Below are positions 1 to 12,279 of a stretch of DNA of 64,000 nucleotides, in pieces (position 1 is the stretch's first letter; each line of letters starts with the position of its first letter). Source of the stretch: Hypanus sabinus (lineage: Eukaryota); the NCBI RefSeq assembly GCF_030144855.1, contig NC_082712.1, forward strand, positions 146,692,001 through 146,756,000. The letters run 5' to 3'. The notes beneath the pieces are model-generated. The model searched no databases. It saw nothing but the letters and a program-made list of their open reading frames with translations, and was not told the origin of the DNA. The position numbers and the translations under genes were made by a program.

Positions 1-79
1 AAGTCTATGATCTTGCACCTAATTGTGTCATTAGCCGAGGAAATGTGTTTCCTTCTGACACTGAAGAAGGTCAGTGGGT

Positions 80-380
80 CAGTCAAGTCTATGCTGGCTT
101 TCAGAGCACATCCATCATTCCCATTTCCCCAATTATGTCTCCCTATGTGACCTAATCTCTTTCATATTCCAATCAACTCTCCCTCCCCATGATTCATATA
201 CAGCGAAGGAAATTTAATGCAGCCAATTAACTTACCCATATCCCTTTAGGTTGGCAAGAAGCCAGCGCACCTGGGAGAAGCCCTTGTGGCCACAGAATAA
301 GCATCCTGGCACAGACGGCACCTGAGGTCACCGAGGCTTTGAGGGAGCAGCACCAGCTGCTGTATCAGTGTGTCAGCCAT
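80..380 (-). mobile_element. Degenerate tRNA-derived V-SINE (HE1-like)
   Basis: Plus-strand 'gccaattaacttaccc...aagccagcgcacctgggagaagcccttgtggccacag...cagacggcacctgaggtc...ccagctgctgtatcagtgtgtcagcc' is a decayed reverse complement of the V-SINE core and tRNA head. Confidence 0.6.
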
Positions 381-2649
381 TCTCAACTTGGATAGACACC
401 AAAAGCCTCTGATTTGGATACAGTAACGCTGAACTGCATAACAGGCAGATGTCAAAACATGAAATTTATAGAATCTGAACATTGAAGCTGGTGTTCGGAA
501 GCAGTCAAAGTATTTTGTCCTGCTTTTATTAAACTTTATATGATGTATTTGCTTATGAATTATCACCAGTTGGCAGTGGACAGAATTATTATTCACTCCA
601 AGGCATAGATTTATTTACAGGCTCTTGAGACAATATACAAAATAATTGTGTACCATTTTCTCGGCAATATGGATTTTTTAAAAAGTATGGTTTAATGCCT
701 GTATTTTGCTGTTTGTTTCGGAGAATGAGCTTGGAGAGATGGGCTGAATGAAGTCTTTTCTGTGCTGAATATTCTGAGAAATCATTTAATTTTGGTTGAA
801 TTATGGATTTTATTTCACCTTTTCATTTCCACTTCTGGTGAAATCCTTTCTTCCCATGCCCGACAAAGGTGACTAAACGCCAGGACAAGAGACTTCAGTC
901 AAATGATCTTGAGACATTCATTCACTAAGGGAATTCAGAGATAGGGGTTCAGTGCTGGAAAATGACGTTAAGACAGAAGAACAGTGTGATCTTAATGAAT
1001 GGTGGAGCCAGATTGAAAGGTAGATGGCTACAGCTGCTGCTAATTCATATCTCTTTCTGTTTATAATTTCTCATGTTCAGTCGCTGAGAAAAATTCTACA
1101 AAAGACCACATGCATTTGTGCAAACAGATGATACAGAGGAAGAGTTCGCAAAATGCAATGGCTACTCAATGCTCCATGCAGTGATCCTGGCATACTCCAT
1201 TTGAGTAGAGTTATGATTGCTAGCATGTTATAAATCAAAGCTGCACTTTTCAAAAGCTCTACAGCGCAATCCAATTCAATTCTTTTTTATTGAAAGCAAT
1301 GAAGGGCAATCAGGATAGAGAACTTGTATTGATTGGTCACCTTGGATCTTGCAGTTCTAAAAGGTGAAATCCCATATTGTTTTCAAAAGGACTGTGAGAG
1401 GCAATAAAAAAATGAATCTTTTAGGGACTTGACACTCGTTGGAAAGCAGGACATATGTTGATGATCTTTGTTTTAAGAATAAAGTAAATTCAGAGTTGTC
1501 TGCACTTAGGATAGCAATTTGTTTTAGGAATACAGGCATTCACAAAAAGAGCATGGCTTTCATGGTGTACAGTAACCCATTTGTTTAAATGTATAGTTCT
1601 TGTACTGATTATGTTTATGAAGTGCATTCATAAATGTATTACTCATCCATAGGCCTCTCAATTTGAGGAAAAACTGTTTTCAAAGGAATTACAGGTTGGT
1701 GAATCAAGGGCTTTAAGTCTTGTCATCTTTTCTCTAGTTTTCTCTCCCTTCATGTTAAAAAATTCTAAGCATTATTTCAAAGTAATTATCCAAATGTTGA
1801 GAGGCCAGAAAATAAGTGAAAAAAGCCATGGATAACTTCTTCTCCTCTACGTCTCCACACACAGGCTATGCGATTGAATTTGTGTATCACGTGTTTTAGT
1901 GAAAGAGCTCTCGGACTGATTTGTAAAATAAATTGGGAAATGTGTTTGCTAATCTTCTTTACCTTACAGCTAGATCCTTATCTAATGAAACATTCAGTGG
2001 TATCACATGTGTGTGCAAGATGGTGTAATGCACAATTAATGCATCTCCTGTGAAAGATTCATGTACATATAATTAAACGAGGACATTTGAAAGCGCGAAG
2101 CATCCCTGCATTACCTATTACTTCCAGGTTTGTTGGAGAGTTGGTAAGAAGAAAGGTTAATGGAGTCAACCACAGCAAATCATGAATAGCAAAGCCCGCT
2201 GGAGTTATCAGAGCATTTTCAATGTGAAGTCTTTTTTTTCCCTAATGAAAAAATATTGCTTTAGTCATATATCTATTCTGGTATTACAGATCAAGAGCAA
2301 GCTGAAGAAGGAGGTTGTGAAAGTTTTATGTGAAGAACTGATTTTAAAGACTATTTTTCTCGACATTTGCGGTGGCAGAAGCACACCACTTTCTGCGAGC
2401 AGATCTCCATGTAGAAATCCCTGGCCGGACTGTTCTGTCTTTAGAAATAAAGTCATTACTGTCCAAAAGTACTTGACCTTTCAGATCTTTCCACATAGCC
2501 GTGGATGATCTGTGTCAGGCACTGCAGTTTGCAGGATTGCTTTACCTGCCCTAATGGAGTTCATCCTCTGCTCTCAGCCAAACTGATGGAAGCTGGTTGT
2601 AGAAGGGTGAAATGAAAGCAATTCTAGGCTAAAATGGACAGGCTTCAGA

Positions 2650-4545
2650 CTATAAACACAAGAAATTCTGCAGATGCTGAAAATCCAGAGCAATTCACAC
2701 CCAAAGCTGGAGGAAGCAGCATCAGTAGAAATGAATAAACAGACAATGTTTCAGTCTCAGACCCTTCATCAGAACTGGACAGGAAAGTGGAAGATGCCAG
2801 AATAAAAAGTGGAGACGGGGGGAAGGGGGCGAAGGAGAACAAGCTAGAAGTGATAAATGAAGCCAGATGGGGGTCAGGGAATGAAGTAAGAAGCTGGGAG
2901 GTGATAGGTGGAAAAGGCAAAAGGCTGGAGAAGGGTCAATCTGAAAGGGGAGGAGTGGAGACCATGGGACTAAAGGAAGGAGAAGGGGTACCTAGAGGGA
3001 GATGGTAGGTAGCTGAGGAGAAGAGATAAGAGTTCAGAGTGGGGAATTAAAGAAAAGGGAAAAGGGAGGGGAAAAATTAATTAGCAAAAAGTAATCAATG
3101 TTTATGCCATCAGGTTGGAGACTACCTAGATGAATATGAGATGTTGCCCCACCCTGAGAGTGGCTTATTACGGTAGAAGAGGAGGTCATGGATTGACATG
3201 TTGGAATGGGAATGAGGACAGGAATTAAAATGGTTGTCCACGGGGTAGTTCCATTTTTGGCAGATGGAGCGGAGGCGCTTGACAAAGTGCTTACCCAATT
3301 TACATCGGGCCTCACCATTGTACAGGAGGTCACATCAGGAGCACCAGACACAGTAGAGGACACCAAGGGATTTGCAGGTGAAGCGTTGCCTCATCTGGAA
3401 GGACTGTTTGCAGCCCTGAATGGAGGTGAGAGGGGAGGTGAATGGGCACGTGTAGCTTTACTGTCGTTTGCAGTGATATGTGCCAGGAAGGACATTAGTG
3501 GAGAGGGAACAAATGGATGAGGAAGTCATCGAAGGAGTGATCCCTGATCCCTGTGGAAACCGGGGGCGGGGGTAGATGAAGATGTGTCTTGTGATGCAAG
3601 TTGCTGAAAGTAATGTGTTGGATACAGAGGTTCATGGGTTGGTAGGAGAGTACGAGAGGAACTCTGTCTCTGAAGGTGACAGGAAGACGGATGTCTGGGA
3701 AGTGGAGGAGATGTGGGTGAGGGCAGCAGCAATGAAGGAAGAAGGAAAATCCCATTCTTTGAAGATGGAAAACATCTCTGATGTTCTGGAAAGGAAATTA
3801 TCCTCCTGGGAACATATGCGACAGAGTCAAAGGAACTGAGACAAAGGGATAGCATTTTTATAAGAGACAAGATGGGAAGAGGCTGAGTGAAGATAGTAGT
3901 GGGCTGTTTTATAAAAGATGGTGGTAGAGAGTTTGTCTCCAGAGATAGAGACAGAAAAATCAAGAAGGGAGAGAAAGATGACAGAAATGGACCAAGTGAA
4001 TTTACGGTCAGGGTGTAAGTTGGGAGCAAAGTTGATGAAATTGCTGAGCTCAGCATTGGTCCATGAAGCGACACAAATGCAGCTGTCCGCGTAGCACAGA
4101 AAGAATTTGGAGCATTACCAGGGAAGTCTTGGAACTTGAACTGTTCCACATAGCCAGTGACAAGGCAGACATAGTTAGGGTCCATGCGGGTGTTCATGGC
4201 TACCCCTTAAATTTGAAGTTTGTAGAGGAGATTGAGAGTATGTGAAGTGTCACGGGTGTAGGTGGGCAGGGACTGAACCAGGGGGGATAGAATGGAGTGG
4301 GGGTATGTGGACATGTGGTCAGTGGGACGGAGCAGGCGGAAATAATAGGCCTACCCAGGCAGTCAGGTTTGTGGATCTTGGGAAGGAGGTAGAAATGAGC
4401 AGTGTGGGTAAAGGGAACTGTGGTTGGTGGCAGTGGATGGGAGATCTCCAGAGTAGATGATGTAAGTGTTGGTGTGGGAGACAGTGGCCTAATGGTCTGG
4501 GATGGGGTCCTTTTCAAGGAGTAAGTAAGAGGAGGTGTCTGAGAG
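2650..4545 (-). mobile_element. Penelope-like element (Poseidon-type), 5'-truncated, decayed RT + GIY-YIG + 3' pLTR
   Basis: RT motifs FYLLPKIHKPDCLGRPIISACS (ORF 4200..4559) and (GVA)MNTRMDPNYVCLVTGYVEQ (ORF 3526..4197). GIY-YIG remnant CVWCS*CDLLYNGEA near 3340-3300 and C-terminal HLGSLQPDGINID. Pyrimidine-rich 3' region and a hammerhead core at 2740-2778. Confidence 0.9.
2740..2778 (-). ncRNA. Minimal hammerhead ribozyme core in Penelope pLTR (degenerate)
   Basis: Minus strand reads cagtt-CTGATGA-agggtctgagact-GAAAC-att-gtctg. PLE termini are known to carry minimal type I hammerheads. Confidence 0.55.
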
Positions 4546-5214
4546 CTCATACTATACACTATATTGTTTTACTCTGAGAATCACTAGTCTGTGGTATCTA
4601 GCTCGGGGGCAACTTTGAGGGATCTGCTGGAATGAAGGTGGTGGCAACATGAATCCTGTCACCATGATAAGACACAGACTATTCACGCACCGGTGATGTC
4701 CTGGACGGGAGATGTTGGGCAACTCGTTGCTGCAGTACTGTGGTGTGTGTGAGGCCATGGAATCTGAAGGCATTTGTCAGTGTCTGATGTTGCATTGCTT
4801 GAGTGTGACATGTCCCCGTGCAGGAGCTGCTTCATGGTTCAGTCCGAGTGTTGATGTGGAACTGGTTCCATTTTTACACGAAATAGGATGGCCTCCTAAC
4901 TAGTCATCTAGTCACATGTTAGGATGGAGCTGGCCTCCTCTGTGCTGTTGGTGGTCTAGCACAGGCCTTAAGGCAATCCTGATAGTGCCCATAGCATGCC
5001 CATAGCAAGGGCTTCGTGCCAGAGAAGCCACGAGACATGACCTTTTCTGCGATGTGACCTGCCCTTTGGGATCTGTACAGCCTTCCCAGTCTGCTGCTGG
5101 AGGCTGATAGTGACCATAAAACCAGCAGTGAGGGAAAACAGAAGTGTGTTGCTGATGTTATGCCATGATGGAATGATTGAATTTTTTGTCAGATATGAGT
5201 GCAAGAGTTGGTAC

Positions 5215-5715
5215 AATCAGAATCACGTTGGTTATCACAGATTTATGTTGTGAAAATTGTTCTTTTGCAGCTGCGGTACAGTGCATGGTAAAAAAATTAC
5301 AGTAAGTTAGAAAAGTACATAAATAGCACAAAGGAAGAATAATGAGATCGTGTTCACGGTCTGTTCAGAAATCTGATGGCAAAGGGAAGAGGCTGCTCCT
5401 GAATCATTGAGTGTGAGTGTGGAAAGAGATATGTCCATAATGGAGTTGGCCTCTCCAGTCTCTTTCAAGTCTGTGCATTGCAGCCTGCACCCCATGCCGT
5501 GAAGCAACCAGTCAAAATGCTCTCCACTGAGCATGTGTAGAAATAGTCATTGGCGACATACCAAATCTCCTCAAGCTCCATGAAGTAGAGCTGCTGGTGT
5601 GCTTTCTTCATGATTGCTTTGTGTTTGGCCCAAGGTAGATCCTCCCAGTTTTCGATGCCCAGGAACTTGAAGCTGCTCACCCTTTCTACTGCTTACACCT
5701 CAATAAGGACTGATG
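5215..5715 (-). mobile_element. Rex1/Babar-clade LINE 3' fragment
   Basis: FKFLGI...KKAHQQLYF...FYTCSVESILTGCFTAW (ORF 5465..5680) and a (GATTCT)n-type tail at ~5215. Confidence 0.8.
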
Positions 5716-5988
5716 TGTTTATCCCTGTAGTGTTTATGACTAAGTGACGGGTTCACGTTTCAGCAATCCCAGACCTTTCATATGTTTTGCCAAAGTGTTC
5801 TTTCTTCTGTCATTTTGTTCCTGCACATCATTATATCCAAATCTTAAAATGAGATTATGGCCATTCATCACCCAATGGTTTAAATTTTTTTTAACAGTGA
5901 GACATCTGTATAATGGGAAATTTCTGGGGATACGATGAATCATTTTCAGACTTTTCTCTTTCTGCTTCATCTTCCTTTTGGCCTTCAG

Positions 5989-6056
5989 CTTATCGCGCAT
6001 AATGAATTCCACCTCGACTTACACAGAAATCTCATGATCAATACAATGCGCATAAA
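5989..6056 (+). other. Candidate 68-nt internal exon of an unidentified host transcript
   Basis: ~35-nt polypyrimidine tract ending ttcag at 5988 and donor gtaagt at 6057-6062. Only one open frame (LIAHNEFHLDLHRNLMINTMRIK). Several CpGs are retained. Confidence 0.35.
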
Positions 6057-9000
6057 GTAAGTTTATCACGGGATAAATGAAATGCTGGTCACAGAAATTA
6101 GTACAATTATATTAAAGGTAATAAAGTTAAGAGGGCCAAATGGTATTACCGTGAACATCTGAAGCATAGGATGTATTACAGGCACAAGTGGACATGTTAT
6201 CATTTTAATGCACAAAACACTTGCCCTTCACTTAAAATTGCCTTTTGGGCAGTTGGAGAGATTCCTTGCTTTTAGAGTTGCAGCTTTGCAATGCTGTTTG
6301 AAGATTAAATAGTCCTTTATCTTGAAAGGGCAAAGGGTATCACCAGCTCAATCATGGTGAATCTGAAGGTGCACAGATCATGTAACAGGACATGCAATAA
6401 TGCTACGGTATTTTAACAGTAAATCAGCAGAACGATCATAATCTTGTACAACAGAAAATCACTACCTTTCTCAGGGCACTAGAATCATCAGTCATAGTTA
6501 ATTTATATTATCCTGATGTGGCTGCGGAGAAGGGAATTTCTCTTGCTCACCCGTGCCTTTTCTGACCTGGTGGTGTGTGTGTTGTAACAGTAGACTTTAG
6601 ACACTGCCTGAGGTAGTACGTATAGGAACTATGTAAATGGAAGGTGCAGAAATGTGTGGATACGTCAAGAGATCAAAGGGAGCAAGCAGATCATTTCTGG
6701 AAAGTAAGGATAAGACAGATAAAGTCGTGGAAGAACAGTAATTGGTTTTGGAGCTGTGCTAAGGACTAAATCATTGATACTGTAAAATTGTGTGGGGCAA
6801 TATTGGGGATTCAGAGTGCTGTGTGCTATTTTGTACAGTGGTCATGGAAAGTGTACTGTGGATTCATCTGGTCGATGCCTAGATGGAAACCCAAAGCCTT
6901 GAAATAATCAAGGTATCGAATTTACTTTCTCAGAGGAAGGAAAGTATGAGAGAGGAGATTTAATAAATTGTAATGTATTTCGTTAGCTGAATGAGGAATG
7001 GTTATTCCTCATGGTGGGGACTTCTTTGTGTAGGGTTGTTAATTTCAAATTGTCGTTTGAAACGGATGGAACGGAATGCCATCCCTAGATTGAATTGAGT
7101 TTAAGGAACTTTAGAAGAACTACTTTGTATTAACTTGTAAGAGAAAAGAATGTGTAGTTTCAAATAGAATGCGAGTTTTTTTTTGTACTGATCTAGGAAT
7201 GCAAGGTATCTTTGAAGCAGAAGTGCAATAAACATTTCAAGCATGATACAGTGTATGAGTACAGTAATGAGAGCCCAGATCCTTTCTCTGTGCTTAAAAT
7301 TCCAATTAAAAAAACCAGCTTTGTCTCCCACTGATGGGACCACTGATGTCTCCCTACATCAGTGAGGAATTGCTGGAGGTGGCATGCAGAAGGGTCATGC
7401 CAGGTTGAGACAAAGCAGTTGGGATTCCCGTTACTGTATCTCTGACCGTTCGATGCTACTAAAAACTGAGAGCGCAAGGAAATCTGATTACAACAAAATA
7501 GCTCCATCTGTGATCCCTTCGTGTTGATAATGACTGCTTTTGGGGCACCTGGCAACAATGTGAGTCATTGAGCACTGAAGTGTGGTGAACGTCAGTGGAA
7601 ATATGCATCAGAACAATGAGAACTGAAGAGGAATTTACAGTGTGGGTGAGGAGAACCAAAAAATGCTTTAAAGCTTGAATTGGATTCACTCAGTGGGTGA
7701 ATTTGTTTTTCTTCCTGTGGCTCATACAGAATCCCCATGCATCAGATTAATTAAACGCATGACTAATAAAAGATGTAATTGCAAACTAGAGAAATTAAAA
7801 ATTACTGATTTGAATTTATATACATGAGATTTCTCTGTCGGGGGATTAATCATGTGGGTGACAGCAGACGTTACTGCTCAGCAGCGTCATTGAGGTTCCT
7901 TTCGTAAAATTAGATGCTGTTTTCTGATGATGGAAAAATTGCCATAGCACTTTTCCTGCTGTCAAGCGCTCAACAGAGTGCTTATCAGTATTAGAAACTT
8001 ACTCATGACATTCCAAAAACAATAAGAAAGTTTACAATCCTGCTACAAATTGAAGAAAGCTTGCAACCTCGTTGAAACAATTCTGACATGGTAACCAGGC
8101 TGATCAAGGTTGGCTACTGAAGAGATGAGGCTGAAAATTAAATTTGGAATTGCGCATTGGTTGATTGCATCTTTAGTCCTTTGAAAGTTTCCATGCTATA
8201 TTACACTATAACGCACTATGGTGGAAAGATACACATTATTTTCAGAGTTTCAGTCTCAATACAAAATGGTTTTACATCACACTCTGCACGTTTTTAAGTA
8301 TATCTCAGTCACTTGCCACAATAGCAGTTTCCACTGGACAGATTTATTGGCAGAGCAGGGTCATAAAACATACTTTCATGAGATTTTAGACAGGATGGAA
8401 AACATCTGGGAAGAAATGTTAAAAGTTGGTGGTTTGGAAACTGAAGGAGCATGAGATTGAGTGAAGAATTAGTGGGACCCTGGGAATGAGGAAGATTAAT
8501 AAAGGATGATACCAGAATCATCCAGAGCAGATGGAGCGACCATCAGATCATGTATGTTAAAAAGTTGAGAAATCAACTTGTTTGTCTGTGGTATACTTGT
8601 TAGACTCCTGTTGACTCCAGTCTGTCTGAATGGTTATGTTACCTCTATCTGGAGAGTGTTTGCCAAAATGTCAAAGATTCACTGTTCTTTATCAAGCTGT
8701 ATCCTAAGCAGATATGGGAAACGATGGCTGTTCTAAGAGTTATATACTAAAGCATATAATAGCTACTGCAATGAAGGCATGGGCTATCATGTCAGACAGT
8801 CTTCCATCCAAAAGAAAACTGAAAGCTGGTTACCTGAGGAGGGGGTCACAGGAGCTTGATACACCCATTACAAAAGCTCCATGGGGAAAGGTATCAGCCC
8901 AAGGTCCTCCTGCCTCCAGGCACTGAAGGATTGGACCCTTCATAATAATCTGTTGAACCAATCTCTGCTAGAATATTTGGGAAGGAACAATTGATTGGAC

Positions 9001-11229
9001 AGTGAAGGCAGATGGAATGATACTCTTGGTACAGTGTGTCATTAGCTATGCCAGTTACAAATACCGTGCAAATTTATGAATAAGTTTTCTTAAATACTTA
9101 TATAATTTCTATTTAGCAAAGTTCTTTACCTTTTAAGCATGAAGAGCACCAGAGTAGAGGGAACCATTGACTTGGGGAGAGATACCATGTTTTCTTGTTG
9201 TAAACTATCAATTTACTTCACATGATGGGGTTAATCTCTGACTACACTGAAAATTGAAAACTTTTGTTAGTGGTATAATTTTTATGATGGTGACTTGCAT
9301 TATGCAAAGCTCTGTGACAAACTTTTCATTGTGTGTGTGAATGAACTGAATGTCATTTGAGTTTATGTGTAAAGGTAAAAATAGTCACTGGTATATAATT
9401 TATGAGAAAGGGATTTCAGAAACCTCTGCTCATTTTTTGTTGATGTACAGCAGTTGATAATGTATGAATAGTATTTCTCCCATTGCTGCCTTAGACCCAC
9501 TGTAAATCAAAATGATACCAGTCATATAGAATTCAGGTTTTGAATATATTAGTATTGCTGGAGAATTTTGCTTCAACTAATTATGACATCTCAGGATATA
9601 AATTACTCTCTGATAGAGTTTGCTATTGTATTATAACACTATCTTATAAAAAATCTTTGATGTTAATGTAACAGTTTAAATGCATTAGTTTTTTTTGTAC
9701 TGATCTAAGATTATCTTGGGCCAGAATTTGTGGTCAGTGGTGACACACTTTCCACTGACATAAACCAAATCTGCCTGCATAGTTTGCTGATCTCTGCAGT
9801 TTTTTCCTGTGGCATTAGAGCCATGGAACTATCAAGGTAGAATCTGAAATGTTATATATAAATCACTGAATTGTCTAAAATTAAGGCATTTTTAATTAAT
9901 ATGTATCTTGAGGTATTAATGCTTGCCATGACCCTCGAGTTATTTTTTCGAACTGCTGTAGAGATGTCTAATCAGGAATTATGGTTAAAAACCTACTTGA
10001 GCATCGTACACACAAGGATGATGTTTTCAGGTTAATCCACTGCAATATTTTTTGTAAACTACTGATTTTTTTTGTCAAGTCAGCTGATTTCTCTTGATTG
10101 CAGTAGAGGTTGCAAAGCACGGCTTGTGGTGAAGTGCTGTTTCGCTGTTTCACTTTTTTCCAATAAACTGTGTGCTTGAAAATCCTGATGTTCCTGTCAA
10201 TTTCATGGAATAATGGATGCCAAACGCAGTATATTACCTTCATTACTGCCACAAAATCTATGGCCACATAAAAAAAAATTGTCACTTAATTCTCTTTCAT
10301 TGTTCATGCTGTGATGGTACCATGCAAGGGAATACTTAATTTCTTCTTGCGGTCCTTATGAAGTATGGATTGGGCTGCACACTACCCTAAAGTAATTGCG
10401 TAATGCTCTAGGGTTGCTTAACTTAAGTGGTTAGACATCTTAAGTTTAATACCTGCCCCTTTGTGCAGGTGCCTGAACAGGGCCAAAAATCTAATCATCA
10501 TTATTAAAGCCTTCTCCAAGGATTCCCTTTACGACAAATGCTGAAAATTGACTGAGATAGGTTAAGCAAGTAACGAGAGTTTGAGATGCTCCCCAAAGGT
10601 TTTCCCTGCACTTGATTGACTTGTTATAACTAATTGAAGCAAGCTTCTGTTGAATATTCAAACTCTGAAAAGTGTTTGAACTTGATTTAAAAGGATGTAT
10701 TCTGGTACGTGCTTGGTTGACTTTGAGTAGGATAGACAAACACAGACTAGAATGTAAAGAAAGAATCCTAGTATGTATTCCACTTTCTTTGGTGAAACAA
10801 GTAGAAAGTCTTGTTTATGAATAATTTATTGTGGTGTGGATAACCTAATAATTTGTGAACAAAACAGGGAACAAATACTGCAGATGGTGGAAATTTGAAA
10901 CACAAGTGGATATTCCTGGGAACATGTTAGTAAGTCAGACAGCAGACGTGGAGTGAGGAAGAAATAATTTAGCTCAATGACCTTCCTTATTAAAGGTCAG
11001 TGTTTGCTATCTGGCTGACCCACTAACTCTTTAGCATAACTTCCAGCACTTATTACATCTTGATCTTGTTACAGGAACATTGAAATGGTATGTGGATTTG
11101 GTGAGCAAATGAACCAGAAGTAAAGGATTGACCTTGTACTTAATGGATGGTGGAACTGATCAAGATGGCTGCAATTTTGTTGTAGTCTATCCCTAATTCC
11201 GATGCATGACAGTTCCAAGCAGCAAACAC

Positions 11230-12265
11230 CCCATTTCTGATCTTATGATGGTCAAGAAAGTTGGGCTTAAGTCACTGTCCCAAAAAAACTACTTCAGTTA
11301 TGCCCTGAGGCTGGGATTATTGACTTCATACATCCATGACCATCTCCCTCTGTGGACTGTATGACTTCAGTCAATGAAATGTTTTTCCTTGGATACTCAT
11401 TCACTTCTGTTTACCAGGGCTCCTTCATGCAACATGTTCAAATATTGTAGTCACTCTTGCCTCATCTCCAGGATTCAGCTCTTTGGTTAGTTCGGTCCAA
11501 GACTGTGCGATCTGAAGATGTGTGATTCTGGCAAAGCCCGACTGGGTGGTAGAACCCATCCCGGCAGGTTATTGCTGAGTAAGTGTTGACACGAAACCTT
11601 CAATGAAACCTGCCATCACCTTGTCCGCTATTGAGAGTTAGACCGGGCAGTAGTTCCCTGGGTTGGACGTCTCCTGCCTTTTCTTGCGAACACAGCATAC
11701 CTGGGAAAGTTACCACGTTGTTAGATAGATGCCAATCTGGTGACTGTGATAGATCAGCTTGTTCTGGGACATGTGCATCATTTCTGCATCAAGGACATTC
11801 ATGCTTCCCATATGCTGTTGAGTCTCTAATCAATCACCTTCTCTATTCTATATTATCATATTGAATAAACTGAGCCAACAAGAGCGCTGGCTTTTATGAT
11901 GGTGTGGATCTCAAGAGAAAACAAAGACAGCTCTTTGAGTTGGCATGTTTTCCCTGAACTTGGTTACTTAAGCCTTGTCTTTGGCACCCACATGCTGGGC
12001 TCACTGTTGAGGGAGACTGTTGGAGACTCCACCTGATAGATGAACAGATGGGGTCAGGCTGCACACCTTTGATCTGATCCCTTGATTGTCGCATTGTTTA
12101 ACTGTGTCTCTGCATGCCATTTTTTTTTGCTACTTTAAATACACAAAACATGCCTTGCAATTTTACTCGACTAGTAATTTATATGCATGCTTGGTGCTGC
12201 TCCCAGCTGCCCCGTGCACCCTCACTGAACCATGGTTGATCCCCGGCTTGTTTAAGGAGCAGAAT
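11230..12265 (-). mobile_element. Old CR1/L2-group LINE ORF2 fragment
   Basis: Minus-strand remnants of QAGDQPWF (ORF 12179..12364), a SNPxNYxP-like motif at ~11640-11670, and TKELN / HxGAL-like RT segments. Confidence 0.6.
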
Positions 12266-12279
12266 GAGATTCGGAATGG

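Noticed and set aside
2182-2508. 108-aa ORF as a host coding exon
   Set aside because: No recognisable protein and no convincing donor site.
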